A DNA stretch of 64,000 nucleotides from Planctomycetota bacterium. GTDB taxonomy: Bacteria; Planctomycetota; B15-G4. The stretch covers positions 219,550-283,549 of the forward strand of contig JBBQUR010000003.1 of NCBI GenBank assembly GCA_038212275.1, given 5' to 3'. The notes beneath the pieces were generated by a model. It did no database searches. It was not told where the DNA came from and worked only from the letters and a program-made list of their open reading frames with translations. Positions 10,301 through 18,153 of this stretch are shown here, piece by piece (position 1 is the stretch's first letter; each line of letters begins with the position of its first letter). Both the position numbers and the translations under genes were made by a program.

Positions 10301-10924
10301 GGCCTCGAAGACATCGGGCAGCGTCACGCGCTGGGCGCGCATCCTGTCCGGATCCACGTCGATCTGATATTCGCGCACGTGGCCGCCGACGGAGGCCACT
10401 TCCGACACGCCGGGCACGGCCTGCAGCTGCAGCCGCACGAACCAGTCCTGCGCGGCACGCAGTTCCTGCAGCGAGAAACCCTCGCCCTCCAGCGTGTACC
10501 AGAAGACCTGACCGAGCGCGGTGGCGTCGGGGCCCAGCACCGGCGTGACGCCCTCGGGCAGCCGCTGCTGCGCGGACGAGAGCCGCTCCAGCACGCGCGT
10601 GCGCGCCCAGTAGTAATCCGCCGAATCCTCGAAGATCACGAAGACCATCGAGAAGCCGAAGCCCGACATGCCGCGGATGGTCTTCACCTGCGGCGTGCCC
10701 TGCAGCGCGGCAGTGAGCGGATACGTGATCTGGTCCTCGACGTCCTGCGGCGAGCGCCCGGCCCAGTCGGCGAAGACGATGACCTGCTTCTCGCCGATGT
10801 CGGGAATCGCGTCGACGGGCACCTCGTGCAGCGCCCAGACGCCCCAGATCCCGGTGCCGATCGCGAGCAGGCAGACCAGCAGCGGGTTGCGCAGGCTGAA
10901 GGAGATGAGCCAGCGCGCGATCAT
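7394..10924 (-). CDS. cusA: CusA/SilA-type heavy-metal efflux RND permease
   Basis: VDAIPD, GPDATALGQ, NIMSIAGLAIAIG, RIRPCLMT; Cu(I)/Ag(I) Met triad equivalents in FLSMP, PIGMIE and LVMLSSG. Confidence 0.92.
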   Translation of the reverse strand: MIARWLISFSLRNPLLVCLLAIGTGIWGVWALHEVPVDAIPDIGEKQVIVFADWAGRSPQDVEDQITYPLTAALQGTPQVKTIRGMSGFGFSMVFVIFEDSADYYWARTRVLERLSSAQQRLPEGVTPVLGPDATALGQVFWYTLEGEGFSLQELRAAQDWFVRLQLQAVPGVSEVASVGGHVREYQIDVDPDRMRAQRVTLPDVFEAVRRSNLDVGAQVVEKNGAEFLVRGVGFVKSVRDLEDIVVRQEGGTPLYVRNVARVSLGPEFRRGVLNKAGVEAVGGIVLCRFGANPREVIDAVRARIAQLEPGLPTRVLPDGSTSRMRIAPYYDRSVIIDETMDTLGEAITEELLFAGAVVLLFLLHLRASISILSTLPLSVAIAYIAMERLGVGSNIMSIAGLAIAIGDVADMGIIMTENIYRHLAQRRDETATREGYLRVVEEAAHEVGPAILTAVSNTVISFVPVFFLQDQEGKLFQPLAYAKTFAIAGSVVLALTVVPALALVTLRDVSVTPRTRRRATLLAGIAAVFATRLLAGCLGFTDGPLGWPTSVAAGIIVGAAVWRITGEKLLPMEANVVSRAINRTYEPSLRWVLAHKRTFMVLPALLVIFGFVIWLGFATMLAPVRAGLSAIGLDPGLTRPWVAAAHAFPGLGREFMPPLDEGSFLSMPSLLPAASLDQVMEVLAVQNARLAQVPEVLDVVGKAGRSESALDPAPIGMIETIVTLKPPSQWRRVHEERFWSGWPGWLQPPFRAVWPDSRAIAKSELLLELQQASAMPGVLPTWLQPIQTRLVMLSSGFRAMMGVKIFGPDQAEIERIGLEIERVLRDVPGAVDVVADRIVGKPYLEFVIDREAAARYGVTIEDVNDVIEIAIGGERTTTTVEGTARFPVRVRYARELRDTLEALQRVLIPTASGAQVPLSTVATLHYEVGPQEIKSENTAKVGYVTLNTRDRDEISVVEDADRALRAAVADGRVRLPTGYFTVWGGQFEAQVRATARLVVLVPTVLGVMLLMLYMGLGAWWLAAIVFLGITVSMTGGFLALWLAGVNLSVAVWVGMIALMGVADDDAVVMLTYQEQAFGEARTEGRAPASVEQVRDLVVQAGLRRIRPCLMTTATTVIGLIPVFLVDGRGSDVMRPMAIPSVGGMAVQLITLFIAPCLYCAVMERRLRRAARSVGS

Positions 10925-12540
10925 GGCGCGCCGTCTCCGGCGCCCGTCAGCTCGAGCCCGTTCGGGTAGAGCAGGCTTGGTTGACCCTCGATCTGCGCCT
11001 GGCTGTCGAGCAGGAAGTTGCCGTGCACCACGACGCGATCACCTTCCGACAAGCCGTCGAGCACCGGATAGAAGTCGCCTGCACGCGCACCGAGGCGCAC
11101 CTCCGCGGCGGCGTAGCGGCCTGGCTTGCGCTCGACCCACACGATCTGTCGCAGGCCCGTGTCGAGCACCGCGCTGGCGGGCACGGCGAGGAGTCGGGCC
11201 GCGACACCCGGCTCCGATCCCTCGTGGCCGGACTGCTGTCCGTCGCGGATGAGGGTCATGCCACAGACCGCGCAGCGCCCGGGCGCGTCCGCGGGTGGCT
11301 GGTCATTCATCGGGCAGACCCAGCGCGCCGGGCCCGGCACGGCCTCGGCCCCGACTGCGGCGTCCGCGTCAGCGTTCGCGGCAGTCGCCGCGGCAGCGGG
11401 CACCTTCTGCAGGTCCATGCCGCAGAGCGGGCACACTCCGGGCACGTCGGCGACGACGTCCGGGTGCATCGGGCAGACCCACTTGCCGGCCAGCGGCGAG
11501 GAGGCGCTGCGCGCTGCGGCATCGAGCGAGGCGCGGATCGTCGCGCTCGCGAACATGCCCGGCTTGAGGCGGCCGTCGGGGTTGGGCAGGTTCACGCGCA
11601 CGCGCACCGTGCGCGTGGCCTCGCGCACGACCGGCTCGACGAAGGCCACCGTCCCGACGAAGCTCTCGCCCGGCGCGCCCTCGATGTGGACGTCGACACG
11701 CTGACCGATGGCCACCCAGGGCAGTTCGAACTCGTAGATGTCCGCGAACATCCATACGGTGGAAAGGTCGGCGATGGTGTAGAGCGGATCGCCGACCGCC
11801 ACGTAGGCCTGCTCGCGCACGCTCTTCTCGATGACCGTGCCGCCGACGGGCGCGTGGACGGTGAGCACCGTGCGCGGCTTGCCTTCGGCGAGCACCGCGT
11901 CGATCTGCGCATCCGTCACGCCGAGGAGCGAGAGTTTCTCGCGCGCCACGCCCTCTCCGCCGGCCGCGCGCGCCGAGATCAGCTCCTGCTGCGCCACGAC
12001 GAGCTCCGGCGAATACAGATCCACGAGATGGTCGCCGGCCGTCACCGTCATGCCCGTGAAGTCCGCGTAGACGCGCTCGACGCGCGCTGCGGTCCGCGCC
12101 GTGATGTAGGCCACCAGCGGTTCGGCGAAGTCGATGCGCCCGACCGTGCGCAGCTCGTGCTCGAGCGGCCGGCGCGTCACGGCCTGCACCTCGATGGAGG
12201 CCACGCGCTGACTGCTCTCCGAGAGCGTGACGCTGCCGTCGCCGGACGCAGACGCGGTCAGTGGCACCAGGTGCATGCCGCAGATCGGACAGTCCCCCGG
12301 ATGATCCTGACGGATCTGCGGGTGCATGCTGCACGTCCACACGGACGCGGCGGGCGGTGCCGCATCGTCCGTCGAACCGCCGGAGGCGTGGCCGGCGTGC
12401 AACGGCTTCGCACCGTCGTCAGCAGGAGCCTGCGCGTCGGGCAGCATGTAGCGGCCGATGAGCAGTCCGGCCAGCAGGGCGACGGCGAGGCGCACGAAGC
12501 GTGCTGAGCCTGAGCGGATCGGTGTGCGGGCAGTCTTCAT
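10921..12540 (-). CDS. cusB: CusB-type RND periplasmic adaptor with three CxM(H/N)..CxxCGM heavy-metal-binding domains
   Basis: WTCSMHPQI..CPICGM, WVCPMHP..CPLCGM, WVCPMND..CAVCGM; YSPEL, LKPGMFA, GNFLLDS; ATGA overlaps. Confidence 0.9.
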   Translation of the reverse strand: MKTARTPIRSGSARFVRLAVALLAGLLIGRYMLPDAQAPADDGAKPLHAGHASGGSTDDAAPPAASVWTCSMHPQIRQDHPGDCPICGMHLVPLTASASGDGSVTLSESSQRVASIEVQAVTRRPLEHELRTVGRIDFAEPLVAYITARTAARVERVYADFTGMTVTAGDHLVDLYSPELVVAQQELISARAAGGEGVAREKLSLLGVTDAQIDAVLAEGKPRTVLTVHAPVGGTVIEKSVREQAYVAVGDPLYTIADLSTVWMFADIYEFELPWVAIGQRVDVHIEGAPGESFVGTVAFVEPVVREATRTVRVRVNLPNPDGRLKPGMFASATIRASLDAAARSASSPLAGKWVCPMHPDVVADVPGVCPLCGMDLQKVPAAAATAANADADAAVGAEAVPGPARWVCPMNDQPPADAPGRCAVCGMTLIRDGQQSGHEGSEPGVAARLLAVPASAVLDTGLRQIVWVERKPGRYAAAEVRLGARAGDFYPVLDGLSEGDRVVVHGNFLLDSQAQIEGQPSLLYPNGLELTGAGDGAP

Positions 12541-13976
12541 GGTTCGGCTCCGGTGGCGAGCGAGGCGGGTGTCTGCTGCGTGCGCGACATCGCGCGAAGC
12601 TCCGTTCCCGTGAGGCGTTCCAGGCGCGCGAGCCGCTGTTCGCGTGCAGTGCGCGCTTCCGCCGTGGCGAGCTCCACGTCGAGCACCGATTGCTGGGCTT
12701 CCACCCAGGCGGTGAGGTCGGCCTGGCCCGTGGCGTACGCGGTGCGCGCGTTGTCGAAGAGCGCGCGGGCGCCGGGAGCGATCTCGCCGGCCAGCCGCGC
12801 GAGGCGGCGCTCGTCGTTGTGCAGCGCTGCCAGCGTGGCAAGCAGCGCGCCCGTTGCGTCGCGACCGGACTGGGCCTGACGCGCACGCGCCTCGTCGAGG
12901 TCCGCACGCGCGGCCTTCACGGCAGCCTCCACCGCCGGCACGGTCGTCGGCAGCGTGATCATCAGGCCGAGCGACTCGGAGCCGCCTCCGGTTGCGGTGA
13001 AGTTCGGCGCAAGGTTCGGCTCGTGGCGCTTGTCGGCCAGCTCCAGCGCCGCCTCGCGCGCGGCCGTCATGGCCGCGAGTTCGGCCAGCCCGGGATTGGC
13101 TGCGACACCGGTGGCGAAGATGTCTTCGTCCGACGGCAGCGGCCGCGGCGCCGGTCCGCTGCCGGGTTCCGGCGGCAGCAACGGTGCGTCCGGCTCGCGT
13201 GCGAGCAGCGCGTTGAGTGTCGCGCGCTGAACCTGCAGTTCGGCGCGCAGGTCATCGAGTGCGACGCGCGCCATGCCGGCCTCGATGCCCAGTCCCAGCA
13301 CGAGGCTCTGCCTGCCGCCGACGGACACCGACGCCGACGCGCTGCTGGCCAGCGATTCCACGAGCGCGACGCGCCGCTCCTGCACCGCCAGGCGTTCGCC
13401 GAGCAGCACCCAGTCCCACCACGCGATGAGCGTGCGCTCGCGCAGTTCGACGCGCACGGCCTCGAAGCGCCGGCCGGCGGCAAGCGCTTCGGCGAAGGCC
13501 ACCTCGCCAGCCTTCCGGACCTTGTCGGGCAGCAGCAGCATCTGCATCGGATCGAAGCCGAGCGTCACGGCGCTGGTGTCCCAGAGGCCGCCGTGCTGCA
13601 GCAGCTTGTTGAGGCCGATCGCCGTGTCGGTGTTCGGCCAGCCGGAGGCGACGAGCACGCGCTGCAGTGCGGCGCGCCACGCGTTGAAGGCCGCTTCGAG
13701 CTCGCCGTTTGCGAGCAGCGCACGCGCGACGACATCGTCCACGTCGGGCTGCTCGGACAGCTCGGGCAGCGTGCGTTCCCCGGGCGGGAGGCGCCACGCG
13801 GCGCCGGCCTCGTCGAGGCGCCGGAACTCGTCGTCCGTACCGGCCGGCGCCAGCGTGCAACCGGGCCACAGCAGCGCGCACGCGGCAAGCGCGCATGCAC
13901 GCATCGCCATGCTCGTTGCGGTCGAGGACAGCGGGGATCGCATGGGAACGGACGCTGAGCGGGATCTTGCGCACAT
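12537..13976 (-). CDS. TolC/CusC-family outer-membrane efflux lipoprotein (true start may be a downstream Met)
   Basis: Lipobox-like LWPGC, helical OEP repeats (ANPGLA, AYATGQADL), first gene of the RND triad. Confidence 0.85.
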   Translation of the reverse strand: MCARSRSASVPMRSPLSSTATSMAMRACALAACALLWPGCTLAPAGTDDEFRRLDEAGAAWRLPPGERTLPELSEQPDVDDVVARALLANGELEAAFNAWRAALQRVLVASGWPNTDTAIGLNKLLQHGGLWDTSAVTLGFDPMQMLLLPDKVRKAGEVAFAEALAAGRRFEAVRVELRERTLIAWWDWVLLGERLAVQERRVALVESLASSASASVSVGGRQSLVLGLGIEAGMARVALDDLRAELQVQRATLNALLAREPDAPLLPPEPGSGPAPRPLPSDEDIFATGVAANPGLAELAAMTAAREAALELADKRHEPNLAPNFTATGGGSESLGLMITLPTTVPAVEAAVKAARADLDEARARQAQSGRDATGALLATLAALHNDERRLARLAGEIAPGARALFDNARTAYATGQADLTAWVEAQQSVLDVELATAEARTAREQRLARLERLTGTELRAMSRTQQTPASLATGAEP

Positions 13977-14138
13977 GGGCGCACCTCTGAAACGGGGTGC
14001 AGGCGGATCGGAGTGCCGGCAGAACGGAGTGCCGGCCGAAGGGCGCGCCGCCGAAGGCTTTGCCGTCGGCGCCGATGCCTTGGCGACCGCGCCTCGGCGC
14101 GATCGCGAACCAGGGACGGAGCGTCCCTGGTCAGCGCG

Positions 14139-14558
14139 CTAGATCAGGATCACGCAGTGCAGCCGCAGCAGAGACACGGCGTGCTCGCCGCGGGCCGACA
14201 CCGATGCATGCGAGGCTGCGACGCCCGGCGTGGCCAGCGAAACCTCGAGTTGCCTCGGCGGCAACGCGGCCACGTGCGCGGGATCGATCGGAGCACGGGG
14301 CGCGCTCTGCGCAGGCATCGCGGGCGGTGCCTGCGCCGAGCAGCCGCACGTGGCCTCGCTCAGCGAGGCGCCCGTGGCCTCCCGCGCGTCGAGGCACGCG
14401 GCGGCGACAGGCGCCGCGGGCCCGCAGCAGCACGAGGCCGCGGCATCCGCAAGACCGTCGCCGCACGCGGAGCCACCCTGGCGCATCGCGGGGGGCAGCA
14501 GCGCCGCCAGCACGAGCAGCACGCACAGTGCGCGGGAGATTGCAGAAGTCGGTGCCAT
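14139..14558 (-). CDS. Cys-rich exported small protein upstream of the metal efflux operon
   Basis: Hydrophobic N-terminus, SCC and TCGC clusters, C-terminus LLRLHCVILI. Confidence 0.6.
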   Translation of the reverse strand: MAPTSAISRALCVLLVLAALLPPAMRQGGSACGDGLADAAASCCCGPAAPVAAACLDAREATGASLSEATCGCSAQAPPAMPAQSAPRAPIDPAHVAALPPRQLEVSLATPGVAASHASVSARGEHAVSLLRLHCVILI

Positions 14559-14661
14559 GCCTGATCTCGACGGGCCGCGGGCGGCCGGTCCCAAGGATAC
14601 GCCTCGGAGCCCGGCCGTGTCTGCCCGAAGTCCTTTCGGTGCGTGAGTCGGCCGGACTTGA

Positions 14662-15600
14662 TCAGTCGCCGCGCCACCAGCGACCGCAGAGGCCCGCGGG
14701 CAGCAGGCGCTCGCTCTCGGCCTGCGGAATGGCCAGCTCGCCCGCCACGCGCTGCCCCGGCCCGATGTCCGCCAGCAGGTTGAGGAAGGCGAGCGGCGAC
14801 GTGCCGACCGCGTAGCAGGAGATGACCAGGAAGGCCGGGCCGTCGGCGAGCAGCGCCGCGCAGTCCGCGAGCAGGTCCGCGATGTGCTCCTCGAAGGTCC
14901 AGGTCTGGCCGTCGGGGCCGCGTCCGTACGGCGGCGGGTCCAGCACGATGCCGTGGTAGCGGCGGCCGCGCTTGCGCTCGCGTCGCACGAACACGGCCGC
15001 GTCGTCCTCGATCCAGCGCACGGCGTCGGGCGCCAGTCCGGACGCGGCGGCGTTCTCGTGCGCCCAGCGCAGCGCCGGCTTGCTCGCGTCGACGTGCGTG
15101 ACGAAGGCGCCGGCGAGAGTGGCCAGCACCGTCGCCGCGCCGGTGTAGCCGAAGAGGTTCAGCAGCGCGGGGCGCTCGCCCGCGGGCCATCCGGCGCGCA
15201 GTGCGGTCAACTGCCCGGCCGTGAAGGCCCAGTTGCCCGACTGCTCGGGGAAGACGCCGATGTGCTTGAACGGCGTGGGGCGCACGAGCAGGGTCGCGCC
15301 CCGGTGCTTCAACTCCCACTGGCGCGGCACGTCGCGTCGCGCCGCGGACCCGGGCTCCCAGCGACCGCCGCGATCGGACTCGCGCACGAAGCGCAGGTCC
15401 GCCGCCGCCCACGCGGCCTCGTCGCGCAGCGGTTTCCACATCGCCTGAGGATCGGGCCGTCGCAGCAGCACCTCGCCGACGCGCTCGAGTTTCTCGCCGT
15501 GCCCGCAATCGAGCAGCGCGTAGCCGTCGATCGGCTCCCACGGAAAGACCACGGTGGTCGGGGGCGACGACGTCGCGCGCTGGGCAGCTGCATCTACCAT
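14662..15600 (-). CDS. Class I SAM-dependent methyltransferase (RlmI/RlmK-like family)
   Basis: YALLDCGHGEKLER, FKHIGVFPEQ, LNLFGYTG, HVDASK, LDPPPYGRGP; start overlaps the upstream GT stop. Confidence 0.85.
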   Translation of the reverse strand: MVDAAAQRATSSPPTTVVFPWEPIDGYALLDCGHGEKLERVGEVLLRRPDPQAMWKPLRDEAAWAAADLRFVRESDRGGRWEPGSAARRDVPRQWELKHRGATLLVRPTPFKHIGVFPEQSGNWAFTAGQLTALRAGWPAGERPALLNLFGYTGAATVLATLAGAFVTHVDASKPALRWAHENAAASGLAPDAVRWIEDDAAVFVRRERKRGRRYHGIVLDPPPYGRGPDGQTWTFEEHIADLLADCAALLADGPAFLVISCYAVGTSPLAFLNLLADIGPGQRVAGELAIPQAESERLLPAGLCGRWWRGD

Positions 15601-17033
15601 CGCCGGTACATCCGGGCCAGGCGGGAAGGGTCCACGCCCAGACGATACAGCGGCGGGATGAGCTTCATCAGCAGCATCGCCTTGAGCGGGTTGACCTGCA
15701 TGCGCCGGCCGCTCACCACGACGGGAACGGGGATGCGCGCCAGCGGCGCGCGCGCTGCAAGCCGCCGCGACAGGTCGAAGTCCTCCATGATCGGCAGCGC
15801 GCGGAAGCCGCCGACCGCCTCGTAGGCCTGACGCGTCACGAAGATCGCCTGATCGCCGTAGGGATGTCGCGTCGTGCGCGAGCGCAGGTCGGCCAGACGC
15901 AGCAGCGGGCCGGCGCGATCGGGAAAGCGCGGGTCGGCGACGGTGCGGGTCACGAAGGCGCCGGCCTCGCTGCCCGCCGCGAGCGCCTCGCGCACCAGCG
16001 TCGTGCCGCCCGCCGGCAGGCGTGCGTCGGTGTGAAGGAAGAGCAGCGCTTCGCCGGTGGCCAGCCGTGCGCCCGCCGCGAACTGCCGTCCGCGGCCCGC
16101 GGTCGTCACGGTGACGGTGGCGCCCGCGGCCACCGCGCGCTCGGGACTCCGGTCGCGACTGCCACCGTCGGCGACGATGATCTCCAGCGGCCCGGGCTGA
16201 TCGGCCAGCGCGAGCAGGCAGGCATCGAGCGCCACGTTTTCCTCCAGCGTGGCGATGACCACCGAGAGCGGCGGCGGCCCGCCGGGCGCTCCGTTTGCCG
16301 GCAGCAGCGCAAGCGTTGCCGGCGCGCGTTCGGGGTCGGCGGCCAGGTCCGTGCGCAGGCGCCGCAGGTCGGCCTCGACGTCGACGTCGTACCAGTCGGG
16401 AGCGAGCGCGACGGTGAGGCCCATGCGCCGCGCGCGCTCCTGCACCTGCGCGAGCGTCCCGCTCGGCGCTGCGGGTGCTTCCGGACGCGGCGCGCGCGAT
16501 CCGTCCGCCGGACTGACGTCCGCATCCCAGGCAAGATCGTCGAGCCAGGTGTTGCCCCACAGCGCCGCGGGTCCGCCGCGCACGCCGAGGCACCAGAAGC
16601 CGCCGTCGCGCGCGGGTCCGAGCACGACGTCGGCGCGCTGCAGCGCGGCCAGCGCGGCGACCAGGTGGCCTTCCGGCAGCGAGGGGCTGTCCGTGCCGAG
16701 CAGCAGCACCTGCTCGCGCTGCGCCAGGGCGCGCACGACGAGCGTGGCCATGCGGCGTCCGAGGTCGCCCTCGGCCTGGCGCACGATGGTGGGTGTCGGC
16801 AGGAGCTGCGGAAAGTCCTCGGGGTTGCCGGCCTGCGCGAAGACGAGGTCCACGTCGGGTTGCGCGGACACCCACGCGGACACGGCGGCCCACGTGTCCG
16901 CGAGGAAGGCTCGCGCGAGGCGGGCTGCGGCGCCCTCACCGATGCTCGCAGCGAGGCGCGTCTTGGCTGCCCCGCGCCGCGGCGGCCGGGCCAGCACCGC
17001 GATGCGGGTGCCGCGCGCGACCCCCTGGTTCAC
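15594..17033 (-). CDS. Fusion of DUF2064/TIGR04282-type and GT2 TIGR04283-type glycosyltransferases (arsenosugar/rSAM-associated)
   Basis: N-half: KTRLA, QAEGDLGRRM, LGTDSP, VLGPARDGGF, DVDVEADL. C-half: SVVIATLEE, VADGGS, GRGRQFAAGA, LFLHTD, YGDQAIF, IMEDFD. GTG overlaps the arsS stop. Confidence 0.88.
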   Translation of the reverse strand: MNQGVARGTRIAVLARPPRRGAAKTRLAASIGEGAAARLARAFLADTWAAVSAWVSAQPDVDLVFAQAGNPEDFPQLLPTPTIVRQAEGDLGRRMATLVVRALAQREQVLLLGTDSPSLPEGHLVAALAALQRADVVLGPARDGGFWCLGVRGGPAALWGNTWLDDLAWDADVSPADGSRAPRPEAPAAPSGTLAQVQERARRMGLTVALAPDWYDVDVEADLRRLRTDLAADPERAPATLALLPANGAPGGPPPLSVVIATLEENVALDACLLALADQPGPLEIIVADGGSRDRSPERAVAAGATVTVTTAGRGRQFAAGARLATGEALLFLHTDARLPAGGTTLVREALAAGSEAGAFVTRTVADPRFPDRAGPLLRLADLRSRTTRHPYGDQAIFVTRQAYEAVGGFRALPIMEDFDLSRRLAARAPLARIPVPVVVSGRRMQVNPLKAMLLMKLIPPLYRLGVDPSRLARMYRRW

Positions 17034-18091
17034 GCGCGCCTTACCGACATTCCCGCGGTGAGCGAGCCGGAACAACCGCTGCCCTGTCCGGCGGTGCAGC
17101 CCATGCAGTGATTGGCGGTGGTCACGCGCGCGCCCGCGAGCTCGGAGAGATCGTCGAGCTCGAAGATGGACGCCGCGCCCGCACCGAGAGGCAGGTCCGC
17201 CATCTGGTGGAAGTCGCAGTCCGAGAGGCGCCCGTCCCAGTTCACGCTGACGAGGTCGCGGCACATCACGGAGTCCGCGGCGGCGGGATTGAAGCTGCTC
17301 TGCAGCAGCTCCTCGTACTCGGCCAGCCGGCTGGTGCGGCGCAGGTCCTCCGCGAAGCGATGGATGGGCATGTTCGCCAGCGTGAGCAGCCGGTCGAAGA
17401 CGATGCCGTGATCCTGGGCGAGGCGCACGCGGTAGTCGCGCTCGAGCTCCGCCTGCGGCCCGGGCAGCGTCGGCCCGAGCGGGTTGTAGACCAGGTCGAG
17501 GCGACGCGGACCGGCGCCCTCGTCGTCATCCTCATCGTCGTCCTCGTTCTCGTCGTCGCGCGGAGGCGGCGTGGTGCCTTGCGCGGCGCCGTAGCCGAGG
17601 CCGTTGAGCCGCTTCAGGGCGCGCAGGCTGGCGGCGAAGACGCCGTCGCCGCGCTGCCGGTCCACGTTCTCCCGCGTGTAGCAGGGCAGCGAGGCGATCA
17701 CGTGCAGCTCGCGCTCCGCGAAAAACTCCGGCGTGTCCTGCTGGCCGGGCTGCTCGAGCACCGTGAGGTTGCAGCGCACGCTGACGTGCTTGCCGGCCGC
17801 GAGTGATCCGTTCACGAGCCGTCGGAAGTGCGGGTTGAGCTCGGGCGCGCCGCCGGTGATGTCCACGGTCTCCACGCTGTCCGAGCGGCGCAGCACGGAG
17901 AGCACGCGCTCGACCGTGGGGCCGCTCATGCGTTCCGTGCGCAGCGGACCGGCGTCCACGTGGCAGTGGTGGCAGGCCTGGTTGCAGAGCTTTCCCATGT
18001 TGACCTGCAGCGTGCGGAGCGTGCGGCGCACGAGCGGTCCATGACCGTTCTCGGCCAGCAGCAGGTCGAATCGATTGGGCGTCGGCAGCAT
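17030..18091 (-). CDS. arsS: ArsS-like radical SAM/Cys-rich domain protein (arsenosugar biosynthesis family)
   Basis: LQVNMGKLCNQACHHCHVDAGP, DITGGAPELNP, ASLPCY, LVYNP, NMPI, MCR...DCDF, HCMGCTAGQGSGCSG; AAGGAG SD. Confidence 0.9.
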   Translation of the reverse strand: MLPTPNRFDLLLAENGHGPLVRRTLRTLQVNMGKLCNQACHHCHVDAGPLRTERMSGPTVERVLSVLRRSDSVETVDITGGAPELNPHFRRLVNGSLAAGKHVSVRCNLTVLEQPGQQDTPEFFAERELHVIASLPCYTRENVDRQRGDGVFAASLRALKRLNGLGYGAAQGTTPPPRDDENEDDDEDDDEGAGPRRLDLVYNPLGPTLPGPQAELERDYRVRLAQDHGIVFDRLLTLANMPIHRFAEDLRRTSRLAEYEELLQSSFNPAAADSVMCRDLVSVNWDGRLSDCDFHQMADLPLGAGAASIFELDDLSELAGARVTTANHCMGCTAGQGSGCSGSLTAGMSVRRA

Positions 18092-18153
18092 GAAAGCGGC
18101 TCCTTCCGGGCTGCGGACTCTAGCAGCGCGGGGGCGAGCTTGCCCAGCGCCGC

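Noticed and set aside
8147..10969. Long antisense ORFs (also 21539-24730, 47653-50616, 51386-54229, 58930-61317)
   Set aside because: Shadow frames opposite well-supported genes, expected at very high GC; Arg/Ala/Gly-rich with no motifs
4735..14558. tRNA-anchored genomic island carrying metal-resistance genes
   Set aside because: No integrase, no duplicated tRNA 3' end noticed, and composition matches the backbone
17030..17110. Selenocysteine recoding in ArsS or the YHS domain
   Set aside because: The relevant positions are ordinary Cys codons, with no in-frame TGA
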